Below, one piece after another: positions 36,868-50,450 of a stretch of DNA of 64,000 nt. The position numbers and the translations under genes were made by a program. A model generated the notes under the pieces. It worked only from the letters and a program-made list of their open reading frames with translations. It searched no databases and was not told where the DNA came from. The DNA is from Callorhinchus milii (taxonomy: Eukaryota): positions 69,194,001-69,258,000 of the forward strand of contig NW_024704742.1 of the NCBI RefSeq assembly GCF_018977255.1. The letters run 5' to 3'. Numbering within the stretch: position 1 is the first letter of the stretch; every line of letters begins with the position of its first letter.

Positions 36868-37255
36868 CAGTAGTAGTAGTAATAATATAATAATAATAGT
36901 CCTTGCAATCGATATAGTGCTTTTTACGTCTTCTAGACATCTCGAAGCGCTTCACAGAATATATTGTAAAGTGAATTGACTGTATATTTGTGGGCGAAAC
37001 GAGACTGCCAATTACGCTCAGCAGTGTCCCGCACAAACAGTTGTGGATTGAGCAACGAAAAATTTTTTTTTGAGAGATTATTATCCTCGGACCAGCGATC
37101 CGCAAATTGACTTGACAACCGGGTTCCTACTTACTGCTAGGTAAACAGAGGCGTGTGAAATAAGGAAACTTGCCCAGCGTTTCGCCCTGCCTGGGAATTG
37201 AAACCAGGTCTCTCGCTTGCGAGGTGAGAGCTCTAACCACTGAGCTATAAGCCTC
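36868..37255 (-). mobile_element. SINE family A (TAGAA-loop tail variant)
   Basis: Complete reverse copy. Confidence 0.8.
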
Positions 37256-37259
37256 TAAT

Positions 37260-37700
37260 AACAACAACAATACCAACTGGCATTTACACAGTGCCTCTCA
37301 TGCAGGGTAACATCTTGGAGCACTTAACAGCACTTAAGTGCTCCTAGCCGGGGGGAGGGAGAAGGTGACCGTAAGCACGTTTGAAGACGAAAGTCTTCAG
37401 TCATAATCTGAAAGAGGGGAAAGAGGAGGCATAGCGAAGGGTTTGGGGGAGAGAGTTCCAAATTTTTGGGGCGTAGTGGCTGAAAGCAAGGACTTTGATG
37501 GTGAAGCGGAGGGGACGAAGGGAAAGCAGGAGGCCAGAGCCAGCCAAGCGGAGGCAGCAGGTAGTGGAGTGGGGGAGAAAGCAGGTCAGAAAGGTAGGGA
37601 GGTGCCAGGGCATAAAGAGATTTGTAGACAAAAGAGGATCTAGAAATCAATCCATTCTGTGACAAGGAGCCTGATAAGGACTGGTATGGTGCGATTTACA
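37260..37700 (-). mobile_element. L2-family 3' fragment
   Basis: Minus-strand VYKSLYALAPPYLSDLL / AFSHYAPKIWNSLP. Confidence 0.8.
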
Positions 37701-38657
37701 GTGGGTTGGAAGTAGGACCCCTGTTGTTAATCGATTGGCAGATTGCTTTCCAGGGGTAATAATCCCTCCAAAAAATAATAATGATAATTTGGTCCCTCAA
37801 TCCATGACTGCTTATGGGACACTGTTGCACACAATTGGCTATGGTGTTTTGCCCACAAAATATAGTCAATTCACTTTACGATATATCCTGTGAAGCTTTT
37901 TGAGACATTTCAATGACGTGAAATGGCGCTATATCAAATGCCAGGATTATTATTATATTCATGTAACCCTCATGACTCAGGGGTGAGAGCATTAATGACT
38001 GAGCCAGGCCGACACTGACAAATCATCTCCATGCTGGCTGATGTTGGGGTTAGCTGGTCTGTTTGCACACATTGCCGTATTCAAATCAATTTCTCTGTTT
38101 ATTTCAGTCCAGTTCAATTGCTCAATTTGATTTTGATGGAGTCGTTAATTTACATTACATCTGCCTTGTGAAAGTCTTGTCTTTCTCTCTCTAACTCCTT
38201 CCATACTCCCCTCTCCATTGTATTGTGTGCGGACGTCACAGAAACAGATTAGCTGCTTTGCTCGCCTCCCTAACAATACTCACTTCATCTCTAATTAATC
38301 TCATTCTGACTAGCGTTTCGAAATGCTTCTATTTTACGTGCAAAACGCTGCATAAATCTCTTTCCATTAGTTTTGGGGATGTGTGGTTGGCGAAATGTGT
38401 GTTCGGGGTGGAGGTTGATCAGTCCACAGCCGTTAGCAAAAAATTCAGAGACAGTTCCGAAAGAGTTTGGCTACTTTGAGTCGTTGGGAGTTTCAGAACA
38501 TCTCAAAGCACTTCACAAATCTTTACTGTAAAGTGCAGTGTCTGTGTACTTGAAGTGAAATGCAGCAACTGATATGCGCACAGCTAATATCCTGTAAATA
38601 GCTGTTAGCTGTTAAGTGAAAGGACCAATTTTTTATCTGGGGGGTAGTTATCCAGGA

Positions 38658-38721
38658 TTTTGTTTGGTCAGCGGGTATCTGACACTTGCAGAAGCCCATC
38701 ACCATGTTTATCAGTATCCAA
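38658..38721 (-). mobile_element. Element X extreme 3' fragment inside a reverse SINE B
   Basis: Reverse complement ...CATGGTGATGGGC..GTGTCAGATACCCGCTGACCAAACAAAA. Confidence 0.7.
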
Positions 38722-39204
38722 TGGCTAACAGTAGAAACTCCCTTCTCTTTTCGTAAAGAGTCTCGGGATCTTTAACATCAACATCAACAGGCAGATGGGA
38801 TCTAGGTTTAACTTCTCATCTGAAAGAGAGCATCTCCCACAATCTCATCCACCAGCTGAGGTGTGAACTTACTTTCGGTCATCTTTTCCCTCCGTGCCCC
38901 CTTGCTTCCCACCCTCAGCTCGCGATGTGTTCCAAGCTCTGATGTGGGGATTGAACCCACAACCGTTGTGTTGTCAGCCGAGACAATGTGAATTCACGAG
39001 GTCATAATAAACAATAGAGGAAATTGGATTAATAATAAAAAGTGATTGATTTAGTAATACAGTTCAGAGTGGTGCAGGAGCATGGGCTGAATGGCCTTTG
39101 TCTGTGCAGAAAACAATAATAATGATAATAATAATAAAAACTAATAATTTTTGCATTTGATATAGTGCCTTTCACATTGGGAAGGCGTCTCAAAGCGTTT
39201 CACA

Positions 39205-40305
39205 GGATATAATAATAAGAATCCTTGCATGATATAGCGGCTTATCACATCTTCGAGACATCGCAAAGACCTTCAACGAATATACTGTAAAGTGAATTGA
39301 CTATATTTTGTGGATGAAATACGGCAGCCAATTGTGCACAGCAGTGTATCACAAACAGTCGTGGAATGAGTGACCACATTATTTGAAAATTAATTTTTGA
39401 AGGAATTTATTACCCCCGGAAAAGCGATTCGCCAATCGACTAACAACTGGGTTCCTACTTACTGCTAGGTAAACAGAGGCGTAAGGAAACTTGCCCAACA
39501 TTTTGCTCTGCCAGGAATCAAACCCAGGTCCTCTCGCTTGTGAGGCAGGTGCTCTAACCACTAAGCTAAAGTGTGTTTTGTGACCTGAATTGCTATATTT
39601 CTGCAAATGTGAGTTGTTGCTGACCAATTGTCAATGCGTGTTCTCGTGTGTGAGACTTGACAATCCTGCTGCTATTACTTTAAGCTGCTGTTTCCGATAG
39701 CATTCCGGGTTTTAAATTACTAACACTGCACGAAATCTGATAGGTGCCTATGTCTTCCGTGATCAACGCTTCACATTTCCCCTGACAGATGTTGTAGATT
39801 AACATCTTATTATACATCATACTCTCACTCTATTTCCATCTCCGAACCTGGAGTCCTGTATCGTATTGGTTAGAGCACTCGCCTCACAAGCGAGAAGACC
39901 TGGGTTTGATTCCCAGGCAGGGCAAAACCTTAGACACATTTCCTTACTCCTCATACCTCTGTTTACCTAGCAGTATGTAGAATCCTGGTTGTCAGTCGAT
40001 TGATGGATCGCTTTCTGGGAGTTATAATCCCTTTTTAAAAAAATTAATTGGTCACTCAATCCAACAACAACAACTTGCATTTGTATAGCGTCCTCCACAT
40101 GGGGTAGTATCCCGGAGAGCTTCACAGTGGCGGAGTCTGACAATCCACGACTGTTTGTGGGACACTGCTGTGTGCAATTGGCTGCTGCGTTTCGCCCACA
40201 AAAAATACAGTCAATTCACTTTACAGCATATTCTGTGAAATGCTTTGAGACATCTCAATGACGTGATAAATTGCTATATCAAATGTAAGGATTATTATTA
40301 TTATT
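39205..40305. mobile_element. Divergently oriented SINE A pair (- 39205-39570; + 39848-40305)
   Basis: Two near-complete copies in opposite orientation. Confidence 0.8.
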
Positions 40306-40707
40306 TAGTCTCAGATCAAGACTATGTAGTGCTGGGACACTCTTTTGTCTTTGTCTCTCTCTTTCTCTCTCTCTCTACTGCCTTTGATAAGTGTCAATGT
40401 GTAGTTCCTGTGTGCTGGGAGTGAATGCTCTCTATCCTCATTAAAACCCTGAGCCTCGGGACCACAGTTCATTCTGTTTGACTTTTTATTATTTTTAATT
40501 GAGAAACTGGGGTGAAAGGTGGCGGCCCACAGTGCAGGGAGCCACCAAGGCTGAAAAACAGTGCCAGGAGGGAAGTCAAGATAAATCAAGGTAAGAGGCA
40601 TTCGGGTGGTTGTGATGCAGTGTTTGGAGTTTGAACTATTATAGGTTGTTGGAGGAAGGGAAAGGCTCCTGCCTTGTTAATGCTAGCCTTCTTAGTTATC
40701 GAATTGG

Positions 40708-41425
40708 ATGTCAACCTGGCTCAGTGGGTATTGCTCGCACCTCCGAGTCAGAGGTTGTGGGTTCTTAGCCCCACATCAGGACTTTGAACTCACACAGTCT
40801 GGGCTGATCCACCAATACAGTGCTGAAGGGAGTGTTACATTGCTGGAGATGCCATCTTTTCGGCTGAGATATGAAACCAAGGTCCCGTCTGCCTGTTTAG
40901 GTTAAAGATCCCATAGCACTATGAGAAAAGAGAAGGGAGTTTCTCTTTCCCGGGATCCTCAAATAAAATTGGTCACTCAATCCATGACTGTTTGTTGGAC
41001 ACTGCTATGCGCAACAAAACACAGATTCAATACACTTTACAGTGTATCCTGTGCTTTGAGACATCTCAATGATGTGATGACATCAGGAAGGAAGTTTACC
41101 CACAAAACACAAAGTAGCTGCACTTTACACTATATACAGGATGAAATGTTAGGCAAGTTTACTTACTTCGCATGCCTCTGTTTACCTAGAGGTAAGTAGG
41201 AATCCGGTTGTTAGTCGATTGGCAGAGATCACTTTTCAGGAGTAATAATCCCTTAAAAAAAAATAATAATTTGGTCACCCAATCCACACTGCTGTATGCA
41301 ATTGGCTACTGCATTTCATCCACAAAGTATACAGCCAATTCACTTTACAGTATATTCTGTGAAGCGATTTGAGACGTCTCAAAGACGTGTTAAGATGCTA
41401 TATCAAATGTAAGGATTATTATTAT
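40708..41425 (+). mobile_element. SINE B (40708-41080) followed by a headless SINE A (41137-41425)
   Basis: Family consensus motifs. Confidence 0.7.
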
Positions 41426-42444
41426 ATCTTAAGCACTTAATGACATCCTTCCAATGTTAAAGGCCCTGTACCAAACGTACATAACATCGAGCTGCTTTTT
41501 TTGTATGAGTTCAGTGTCCTGGCCTTCCTGGTGAACTGTTCCAGTCATTAATTACTTGCTGGGTAAAGAGAAAACTCCCTGGTGTCTGTCTTGAAATTGC
41601 TCTTTACAGTTCAAAACCTGTGTCCTCTGGTTCTATCTTGGTGGATCCTAAAGCAATATTAATAATAATAATAATCTTTGCATTTCAAATAGCACCTTAT
41701 CACGTCGTTGAGATGTCTCAAAGTGCTTCACAGAATATATTGTAAAGTGGAATGACTGTAGTTCTTGTTGGTGAAAATAAAGTATTTTTCGAGGTTTACT
41801 TTTTCAATCTAATTTATACACCTCTATGAGGTCCCCTCCGACTTGTTGTCTCTTAAGACTGAGTGAAAAGGAGTTTTGCCAACAATCCTCCTTTGGATTA
41901 ATTGGTCATTAACGCATAACTGTAATTACTGTAATTCTCTATGAGACGTTTCAATGTGTTAAAAACCTGCAGAAATGCAATTCCTTTCTTCCTTCCTCCT
42001 CCAGACTGCACCAAGTCAGATGCTTTGTTGCTCCATCCAGTAATGCAACCAGGTGCCGACAGATGTTGTCCATTGTGGGTAGCCATAGACTGACATTTAA
42101 AGTCAAGCATCTTATTGTGGTTCACACAGTCTTAATCTACTGTTTAATAGCTTCAATCCCCAGTTAAAAATGAACTAGTCTGAGGTCCAGTGGGCAGCAC
42201 TTTTGAACACTGAATCAGAAGGTTGTGGGTTCAGTCCCACCTTAGAATAATTTATAATAATCCTTACATTTGATATAGCACCTTATCACATCGTTGAGAC
42301 ATCTCAAAGCGCTTCACAGAGTGAATTGACAGTATATTTTGTGGGTGAATGCGGCAGCCAATTGCGCACAGCAGTGTCCCACAAACAGTCATGGATTGAT
42401 GGACCAAATTATTATTTTTTAAGGGATGACACAATCCAGGTGGA

Positions 42445-42745
42445 AATAGGAACATAGGAATTGCTAGACAAAAAAAGACCAAGGTCCATTTAGTTCGCCT
42501 TCTACCATCTTGATAGTCGCTTGCTACAATAATAGAGATGTTGAGAGCAATTAATTCTGTATGGAATTGTCTACCGCACAATGGAAAGCTTTGGGAACCG
42601 TAGATCTAAAGTTACCTGCTTCTTCCAAGCTTGCTATATGTCATGTCTCAAATTACTCACACGTTTTAACCTAAAATATTATTTTCTAAAATAAATCTTA
42701 CCTGATTTGTATTTGAATGAATTGACACTCTCTGCTTCCACCGTA
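42445..42745 (-). mobile_element. CR1 LINE 3' UTR fragment
   Basis: Homologous to about 11690-11985. Confidence 0.75.
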
Positions 42746-43339
42746 AAGGAATGTTTCTGTGCAGCGCAGATTGGGACTTGCTGCAATGTCAGAGATGCCG
42801 TCCTTCAGACGAGACAAAATCTTGTTCGTGTCTTTTCATGGGGACGTTAAAGATCCCGCGGCATTACTCAAAAAGAGAAAGGAGTTCCTCTCTCCCGTGT
42901 CCTGGCCCAATCCCCCCCCCAAATTAAATATTTACTTCATGGCTGTTTAGCGTCTCATCTGAATGACAGCACATCCGATAACATAGCTCACCTCCCCCAC
43001 AGCCCCCACCCCCCACCCCCACTGCACTGCATTGGAGTGATAGTCTGGATTATGATCTTAATGTACCGATTTGAGGCTTGAACCCCAACCCTTGTGACTC
43101 GGTAATGAGACTGTGACTGACGGAGCCAGGCTGATGTGAACATCTATTAGGTTTTTCGGGTGCACAGACAACAACAACTTGCATTTATATAGCGGCCTTC
43201 ACGCGGGGGAGGATGCCGGGACACTGTACCCAAATTGGCTATAGCCTATTTACACTGGGGCAAATCGCTAAGGAGACACTTTTATCTGCTGTTTAATGAG
43301 ACCAAGTGAGAGAGAGAGAGACAGAGAGCACACAGAGAG

Positions 43340-43625
43340 CACAAACACATCCACACATAGAATAACACGCACAAACAAACACACACATGCACAAACATGC
43401 ATACACATACATACAAACACAGACACAAACACAACCACACATAAAAACGCACAAGCACACATATACACGCACACGCATAGGCACAAACACGTAAACACAC
43501 ATTATACACAAACATACATGTGTGCATAAACATACACACCCATACACGTCCCCCACACACACAAAAAACAAAAAAAAATATACACACAAACCCCAAAACA
43601 CACATGCACATAGACACACACATAC
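43340..43625 (+). repeat. Degenerate (CA)n microsatellite
   Basis: Direct reading. Confidence 0.9.
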
Positions 43626-44454
43626 GGCATTTGTTTTCCTTTGGAAACAATGTATGTTCTCGAAACTGTTCTTCGCATTCAGTAACTCGGGCAGGTCGCT
43701 TACTTGTTGGTAAAACAAGATAAACAGCGACCACAACATTGCCGTCATGTAAAGCTTCTGAATGGAGTTGCATTGATATGTGTCCCCTTCTGCTGGTCAA
43801 TTAAATGGTTAGGTCATGAAACTTCTCTCCTTTCTGAATCTGCAGGTCAGCGCTGGGGTGAGGTATCATTAATTATTTTTACGCCTGTCAGATCGTATGA
43901 AAGGAATGTGAAAGTGGCCAGTGTATGAAAGGCAGCGGGGCAGAGACTCTGAACTGATTATGTCAAACATATTCAAAGTTTTCCCTCCGCGAAAAAAAAT
44001 AAAGATTTTGATCAACAAAGCGTATCCCCACCTGCAGACTATTTACACAGGGGCAAATCGCTAAGGAGGCACTACTCTCTGCTGTTTAATGAGAGCGCAC
44101 ACGAGAGACAACCAGAGAGTCAGAGAGAGCACCCACAGAGCACAAATTAACCCTGTGCAGTAAGTAGCACATTGGCACAGCATAGGTATCTCATCAGTGA
44201 AAAGCCACTGTCAAGAAAGACTCGCACTCGCCCAGCACAGCACCTTTCAGTGGGACAACAGCAATAATAATAATAGTTTGGTCACTCAATCCATGACTGT
44301 TTGTGGGACACTGATGTGCACAATTACACAGACAATATTCAATCAATTCACTTTACAGTACATTCTGTGAAGCGGTTTGAGACATCCCAACAATGTGATT
44401 ATTTATAATAATAATCCTCAAGTTTCATATAGAGCTTTTAGCATCAGGTCTGAT

Positions 44455-46457
44455 AGAGACCCACCACCCGGCTTCACCTTCCATCATACCCCATGACCTA
44501 ACCACCGTGGTGGTGGTGTGGCTCTCATCTCCCCGTCCCCGCTCGGCCTATTCCTTACTCTGGAACCTTCTCCTCCTTTGAGCACCTTATTCTTTATCAC
44601 CTCTCCAACCTTTCTCTCAAAATTCTCCTTACCTATCGCCCTTTCAAGTCCTCCTTCATCCCCGACATCTCCACCCTCCTATCTTCCCTCTCTCTCTGGT
44701 CCGAAACGCCTCCTCATTCAACCTTCACTTCACCCGCTCCTGCTCTACCTCTGCTGACTTCTCATCCCTTATCTCCTCCCTCAACCTCTGCCTCCACATC
44801 CTCTCTGCCAGCCACGTCTGTGGTCACCTCCTTGACCTGGTGATCACCCGGGGCCTCACTGTCTCAGACCTCACTATAATCGACAAAGTGATATTGGACC
44901 ATCACTTTATCTCCCTTAACTCCTCAATCCCTCTCCCCACTGCCACCCAACCCACCTCCATCTCCTACTGCCCCTGGAAAAAAATCTCCCCCTCCTCCTT
45001 CTCGTTGGAGTCATCTGAACTTTTTCTCCTCTGGGCTTCCTCCGGCAATGACCTTACCTCCTCGGTCACTCTTCTCCACAGCTCCCTCTCCTCCACTATT
45101 GATTCCCTTGCTCCCCTCTCTTCCCGAACAATCTCCTATTCAAATAAGTCACCATGGTACACCAGCCACCTCTGCTCCCTTAAAGCATAGTTGTGTACCG
45201 CTGAATGCACTTGGCTTAAATTGAACTTAACGCTCCATCAGCAGATCTGGCTGGACTATTATCGGACTATAGCCCTGCCTGCGCCTCCGCCAAATCGTCA
45301 TTCTACTACAAGACAATCTTGGAGGCTAAGGACAACCCCAGGCTCCTCATCTCCATCACCAGTCAGCTCCTCCACCCACCCTCTCATGCTTGGCCCATCC
45401 TCACCTCCAATGCCAACTGCAAGGCGATGCTTGATTTCCTTGAATCCAAAGTTGAGGGGATCCACTCAGCTTCCTCTGCCCTTCCGTCTACTACAACTAC
45501 CCATCTCCCCGTCCCACCCCGGCCCCTACCCATCCCTCCCTCCACACCTTCGAACCTGTCTCCCACTCCCCTCTCACCACCACTATAACCCGCATGAAAC
45601 CAACCACCTGCTACCTCGACCCCATCCCTACCCCCCTCCTTACTTCCCAGCTCCATCTCCTTGCCCATCTACTCACAGACATCATAAACCTCTCCCCTGT
45701 CCACTGGTTCTGTTCCCACACTATTAAAAATCACCGTCATCACTCCTATCCTTAAAAACCCTTTCTGGACCCATCTCTATTCTCAAACTACTGCCCCAGC
45801 TCCAACCTCCCTTTCCTCTCCAAGGGCCTAGAATGGGTTTTTGCTTCCCAGCTTCTCTCCTTCCTCTCCCGCCACTCCCTTCATGAACCCCTCCAATCGG
45901 GTTTCCGTGCCGCCCACAGCACAGACACAGTCCTGGTCAAAGTGACAAATGACATTCTGTTAATCTGCGACAAGGGCTCGCTCTGCCTCCTCATCCTCGT
46001 TGACCTCTCTGCTGCCTTTGACATAGTTGACTACTCTATCCTCATCCACCGCTTCTCCTTTCACCTCATCCTGGTCCTCACCTTCAAAGCCCTCCATGGT
46101 CTTGCTCCCCCTACCTCTGTGACCTCCTTAACCCCCTACCATCCTGTCAGCTCCCTCCGCTCAACGGGCTCCGGCCTGCTTCACGTGCCTCGGCTCGCTC
46201 GCCCCACCATTGGTGGGCGGGCCTTCTGCCACTCTGCCCCCACCCTCTGGAACTTCATCCCACAGTCCCTCCACCTCGCCGCCTCCTTCAAGACTCATCT
46301 CAAGACCCACTTCTTTGACCGTGCTTTGGATCTCTCTGCTTCCTCCAATCACCCCGATCCCAACCCAAGCTCAGGTCCAAAGCTCAGACTCTCCAGCACC
46401 TTGGGACGTCCTCCCGACGTGAAAGACGGAATACAAATGTAACTTTGTTGTTGTTGA
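44455..46457 (+). mobile_element. L2 LINE with endonuclease-region remnant and a large internal deletion of the RT domain
   Basis: APE-type motifs (..RGGGVALI, GHLLDLVITRG, DHHFI, SPWYT). The RT start (QSGFRAAHST, LVDLSAAFD) is joined at about 46066 directly to ILVLTFKALHGLAPP; intact tail. Confidence 0.85.
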
Positions 46458-46896
46458 ACAGGGACGGACAGGACCTCAGTTTAATGTCTCATTGGTGGCA
46501 CCTCCCTACAGTACTGCATTGGAGTATCTATGTGAACTCAGTGTCCCGACGTGCGGCTTGAACTCACAATATTATGATTCAGAGGTGAGAGTGTTACCGA
46601 CTGAGATTCTGTAGCAATGTAGTTGGAGCATTCATGGGCTAACATCTGGCAAAGAGTGGAAGATGACTAGTTAGGCATTTTTCCAGCAAATCCCGTAATC
46701 AGACATTCTTATCTGGGACGTCACAATTACAGCACCAAACAGCCTGTAACTATCGCTGATCAGATTTTATCAAAAAGATAGCAATTCGCTGCAAGTTATT
46801 GGTAAATGTAGAGCATGATATAAGTAAAGAGAGGCACAGCAGCGTATTGCACATTAATGAAATGGCACTGAAGCAATTGAGCTGCTCTGAATTGAG

Positions 46897-47725
46897 TTAA
46901 TAATAATAATCCTTGCATTTGATATAATGCCTTATCACGCATCGAAAAGTCTCAAAGCATTTCACAGAACATATGGTAAAATGAATTACCTTGTATTTTG
47001 TGGGCAAAACGCAGCAGCCAATTGTGCATAGCAGTTCCCACAAACAGTCATGGATTGAGTGACCAAATATTTTTTTGGAAGGGTTTATTATCCCCGGAAA
47101 GTGATCTGCCAATCGACTAACAACCAGGTTCCACTTACTGCTAGGTAAACAGAGGCAAGTGGAGTAAGGAAACTTGCCTAAGGTTTGCCATGCCTGGGAA
47201 TTGAACCCAGGTCCTCTCGCTCGCAATGTGAATGCTCCAACCACAATGCCACAGAACTCCACATTGTTGGTAAATGAAAAAGTTAGTGAACAGCGCTGCT
47301 TGGCAACACTCTATCCCAGAGCCTGTGTCAGTCTGGCTCAGTCGCTTGCACTCTCGCCTCTGAATCAGAAGGTTGTGGGTTCAAGCCCCACGTCAGGACT
47401 AGAAACTCATATAGTCTAGGCTGACACTACAATACAATGCATTGCTGCAGATGACGTCTTTTGGATGAGACATTAAACCTAGGTCGCATCTCCCTGTTCA
47501 GGTAGATGTTAAAGGTCCCATGCTACTATTTGAAAAGAGAAGGGAGTTTCTTTCTCCCCGTGTCCTGGCCAACAATCCCTGGATGAAATTGGCGAGACAT
47601 TGCTGTGTGCAAATTGGCTGCTATGTTCACCCACAAAATGCACGGTTTACAGTATATCTTGTGAAGTGCTTTGAGACATCTTGTTGTTGTAAGGCAAAGA
47701 ATCAAATATAAGGATTATTATTATT
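46897..47725. mobile_element. SINE A (-, 46897-47262) and SINE B (+, 47325-47725), divergently oriented
   Basis: Both are near-complete copies. Confidence 0.8.
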
Positions 47726-48239
47726 AATTTATTATAATTGAAATAATAATCCTTGCATGTGATATTGCACCTTATCACGTCGTTGAGATGCCTCAAGGTG
47801 CTTCACAGAATATACTGTGAATTGAATTGGCTGTGTATTTTGTGGGTGAAATTATAGGTACTGGGAGCTGGGTGGAGGGCGCAAGGGGATGGGGGAAGGG
47901 GGACAGACAGGGGAGGTGAGTGCCGGGAAGGGTCTTGTGGTGAGACTAAATTCATTAGCGAGGCTCCTTAAAGCATCTCTGTAATGTTTCCGCTAATTCC
48001 ACTTGACAGTCTTGGAATGACTTTGGCATCCCGCCAGATCAGAGTGTCATTTATGCTGTATAATAAGCTCCTATTGTTGTTGGGTTTGTGGACTCTGATT
48101 GTCCTGTGGTAACCAACGTGGACAGTTCATTGTTCCATCGCAAAGGAACACAGTCGCACCATTGTGGAAAGTGCTCACATACAGGTCCTTTCTGGGCTAA
48201 AGTGTGCGGTTAACATTGGGCCAATAGTGACCAGCTGGG

Positions 48240-48570
48240 GAGCGAGAGTGAGGAGAGAGAGAAGATAGAGAGAGGGGGAAAGACAGAAAGAGAAAGAGAA
48301 TTAGAGAGAAGGAAAGACAGAGAAAGAGAGCATCAGAGAGAGAGAGAGACAATGAGAAAGAGAGCAAGAGAGAGACAGAGAGAGTGAGAGAGACAGTGTG
48401 AGGGAGACAGAGAGAGAGAAAGAGAGAGGGAAAGAGAGAGAGAAAGAGAGAGAGAGACAGAGTGAGAAAAGCGAGAGCAAAAGAGGGAGTGAGAGAGAAG
48501 ACAAAAAAAAGGAGACGGCGAGAAAGAGAGAATGAATGCGCGAGATGGAGAGAGAGAAAGAGAGAGAGGA
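48240..48570 (+). repeat. GA-rich polypurine tract
   Basis: Direct reading. Confidence 0.9.
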
Positions 48571-49879
48571 CGATTTCTTCCAGTTTCTGACTGAAAACAT
48601 TTCACAACACGCCACCTCAAAATGCGCAGGAACGGAAAAGATTAAAGAATCGATTCATGTTTTTAAAAAAATTGTAATGTTTCACAAAATGAACATATTT
48701 TAAAAAATCAATATATTTCTTATATATATTCCATATATGTATGTAGGTAAAAGTATGTTGCTTTGAGGGAAAATCCAGCTGGTGTCTGCATTTGATCTGA
48801 GACAAAAATATTCCCAATTATTTTTTCCACTTAGTTGGGAAGACAGACAGACAGACCACAATGGAAAGGTTGAGAGCACTGGATATGCATGCTCACACTA
48901 ACACTGAACTTGTAACCTCGTTCATGGAAGATTATTCAAAGGAATGTTAATCTTAGCCCACGTTCTCCCCGTCCCCTTCCTCGTTCGATTCCCCCCACTC
49001 CCCCCCCCCGAAAGACACTCTTGTAGCAGAGAAGAAATTCCACGTCTTTCTGACCTTCTCCACCTCTCTCTCCCCTCCGCCACCCTCATATCCCATCCGC
49101 GCTCTCTCTGCCGATCAACTTCCCTTGAGCTGTAGTATATATTTATTGCTGGGAGTTTCAGGTGGGTGGAAAATACAACATTTCCTAACTGATTGGATGT
49201 GGTAATTATCACATCCCAATTGTCACATCCAATCTGCTTGGAAACGTCACATTTTTGACCCTCTACTGTCACGGTTGGAATATTTCTGCATGGTTCAGGA
49301 TCTCGGGGAGCTTTAGTGTAGCTGAACGATGCGCTCAGCAGAGAAACTTCAAATTGTAACCGCCCCAATGCTCTCCCTCCCAACCTCCCGCTGGTCTTGG
49401 CCTGTGAGACAGTTTTACCTTTGAAAATTAAGACCACGCAGAATTGTGCAGGAATTCAGGCTTAATTTGGAAGCCAGTCTTAAAATAATAATAATAATGA
49501 TGATGATGATAATAATGGTGACATTTGATTTAGCGCCTTCCACGTCTCACAGGATTTCCTGTAAAGTGTAGCGATGTTTCGCCCACAAAATATACAGTCA
49601 ATCCACTTTACAATATATTCTGTGAAGTGCTTTGGTTCATCTCAACGACATGATAAGGTGCTCCATCAAATGCATGGATTATTATTATTATTTGTAGGTG
49701 AATACACTTATGAACAGCAACCTCCCACAAACTGCCGTGAATTGAATGACCAATCTTTTTTATCAATTGGTCATTAAGACTGAATTCACGAATTCTCTGA
49801 ATTTCTACATCTTCTTAACTTTTAAGGGAAAATTAGTTTACAGGCTAACTGGAATTTTGAACTCTAACCAAAGGGGACC

Positions 49880-49981
49880 TTTTTTTGGTCAGCCCGGTGC
49901 ATGACACATCTGGAAAGCCATCACCATGCTTCAGAGAATCCAGACCAGACTGATAGTTCCATGCATCCCATCCACACATAG
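49880..49981 (-). mobile_element. Element X 3' fragment
   Basis: Poly(T) followed by GGTCAGCCCGGTGCATGACACAT..CATCACCATGCT. Confidence 0.75.
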
Positions 49982-50450
49982 ACCCTTTATAAATTGACTG
50001 TGCTAATCTTTGCTAATGTCTACCCAATCGGTCCCCTTCAAATACCTATTAAATTCCCTTTTAAAAGTTGTTATTGAATCTGTTTCCACCACCCTTTCAA
50101 GCAAGGATTATTATTAATAAACCCTTTTGTCTCTGAGTCAGAAGGTTATGGTTCAAACCGCACACTGGGACTTTGAACTCACATAGTCTAAGATGACACT
50201 ATGTTGCAGTGCTAGGGGTGTGATGCATTTTTGGAGGTGACATTCCTTTGGATCAGATTTAAACTGAGGTCCCGACTGCCTGTTCAGGTGGACATTAAAG
50301 ATCCTATGGCACTATTTGAAAAGAGAAGGAAGTTTATCCTGGTGTCCTGGCCAACAATCCCCCAAATAAAATGAGTCATTCACTTAATTGTGGGACATTG
50401 CTATGTTTAAATTGACTATAGCCTTTGCCACAAAACGCCCGGGGTCTCCT

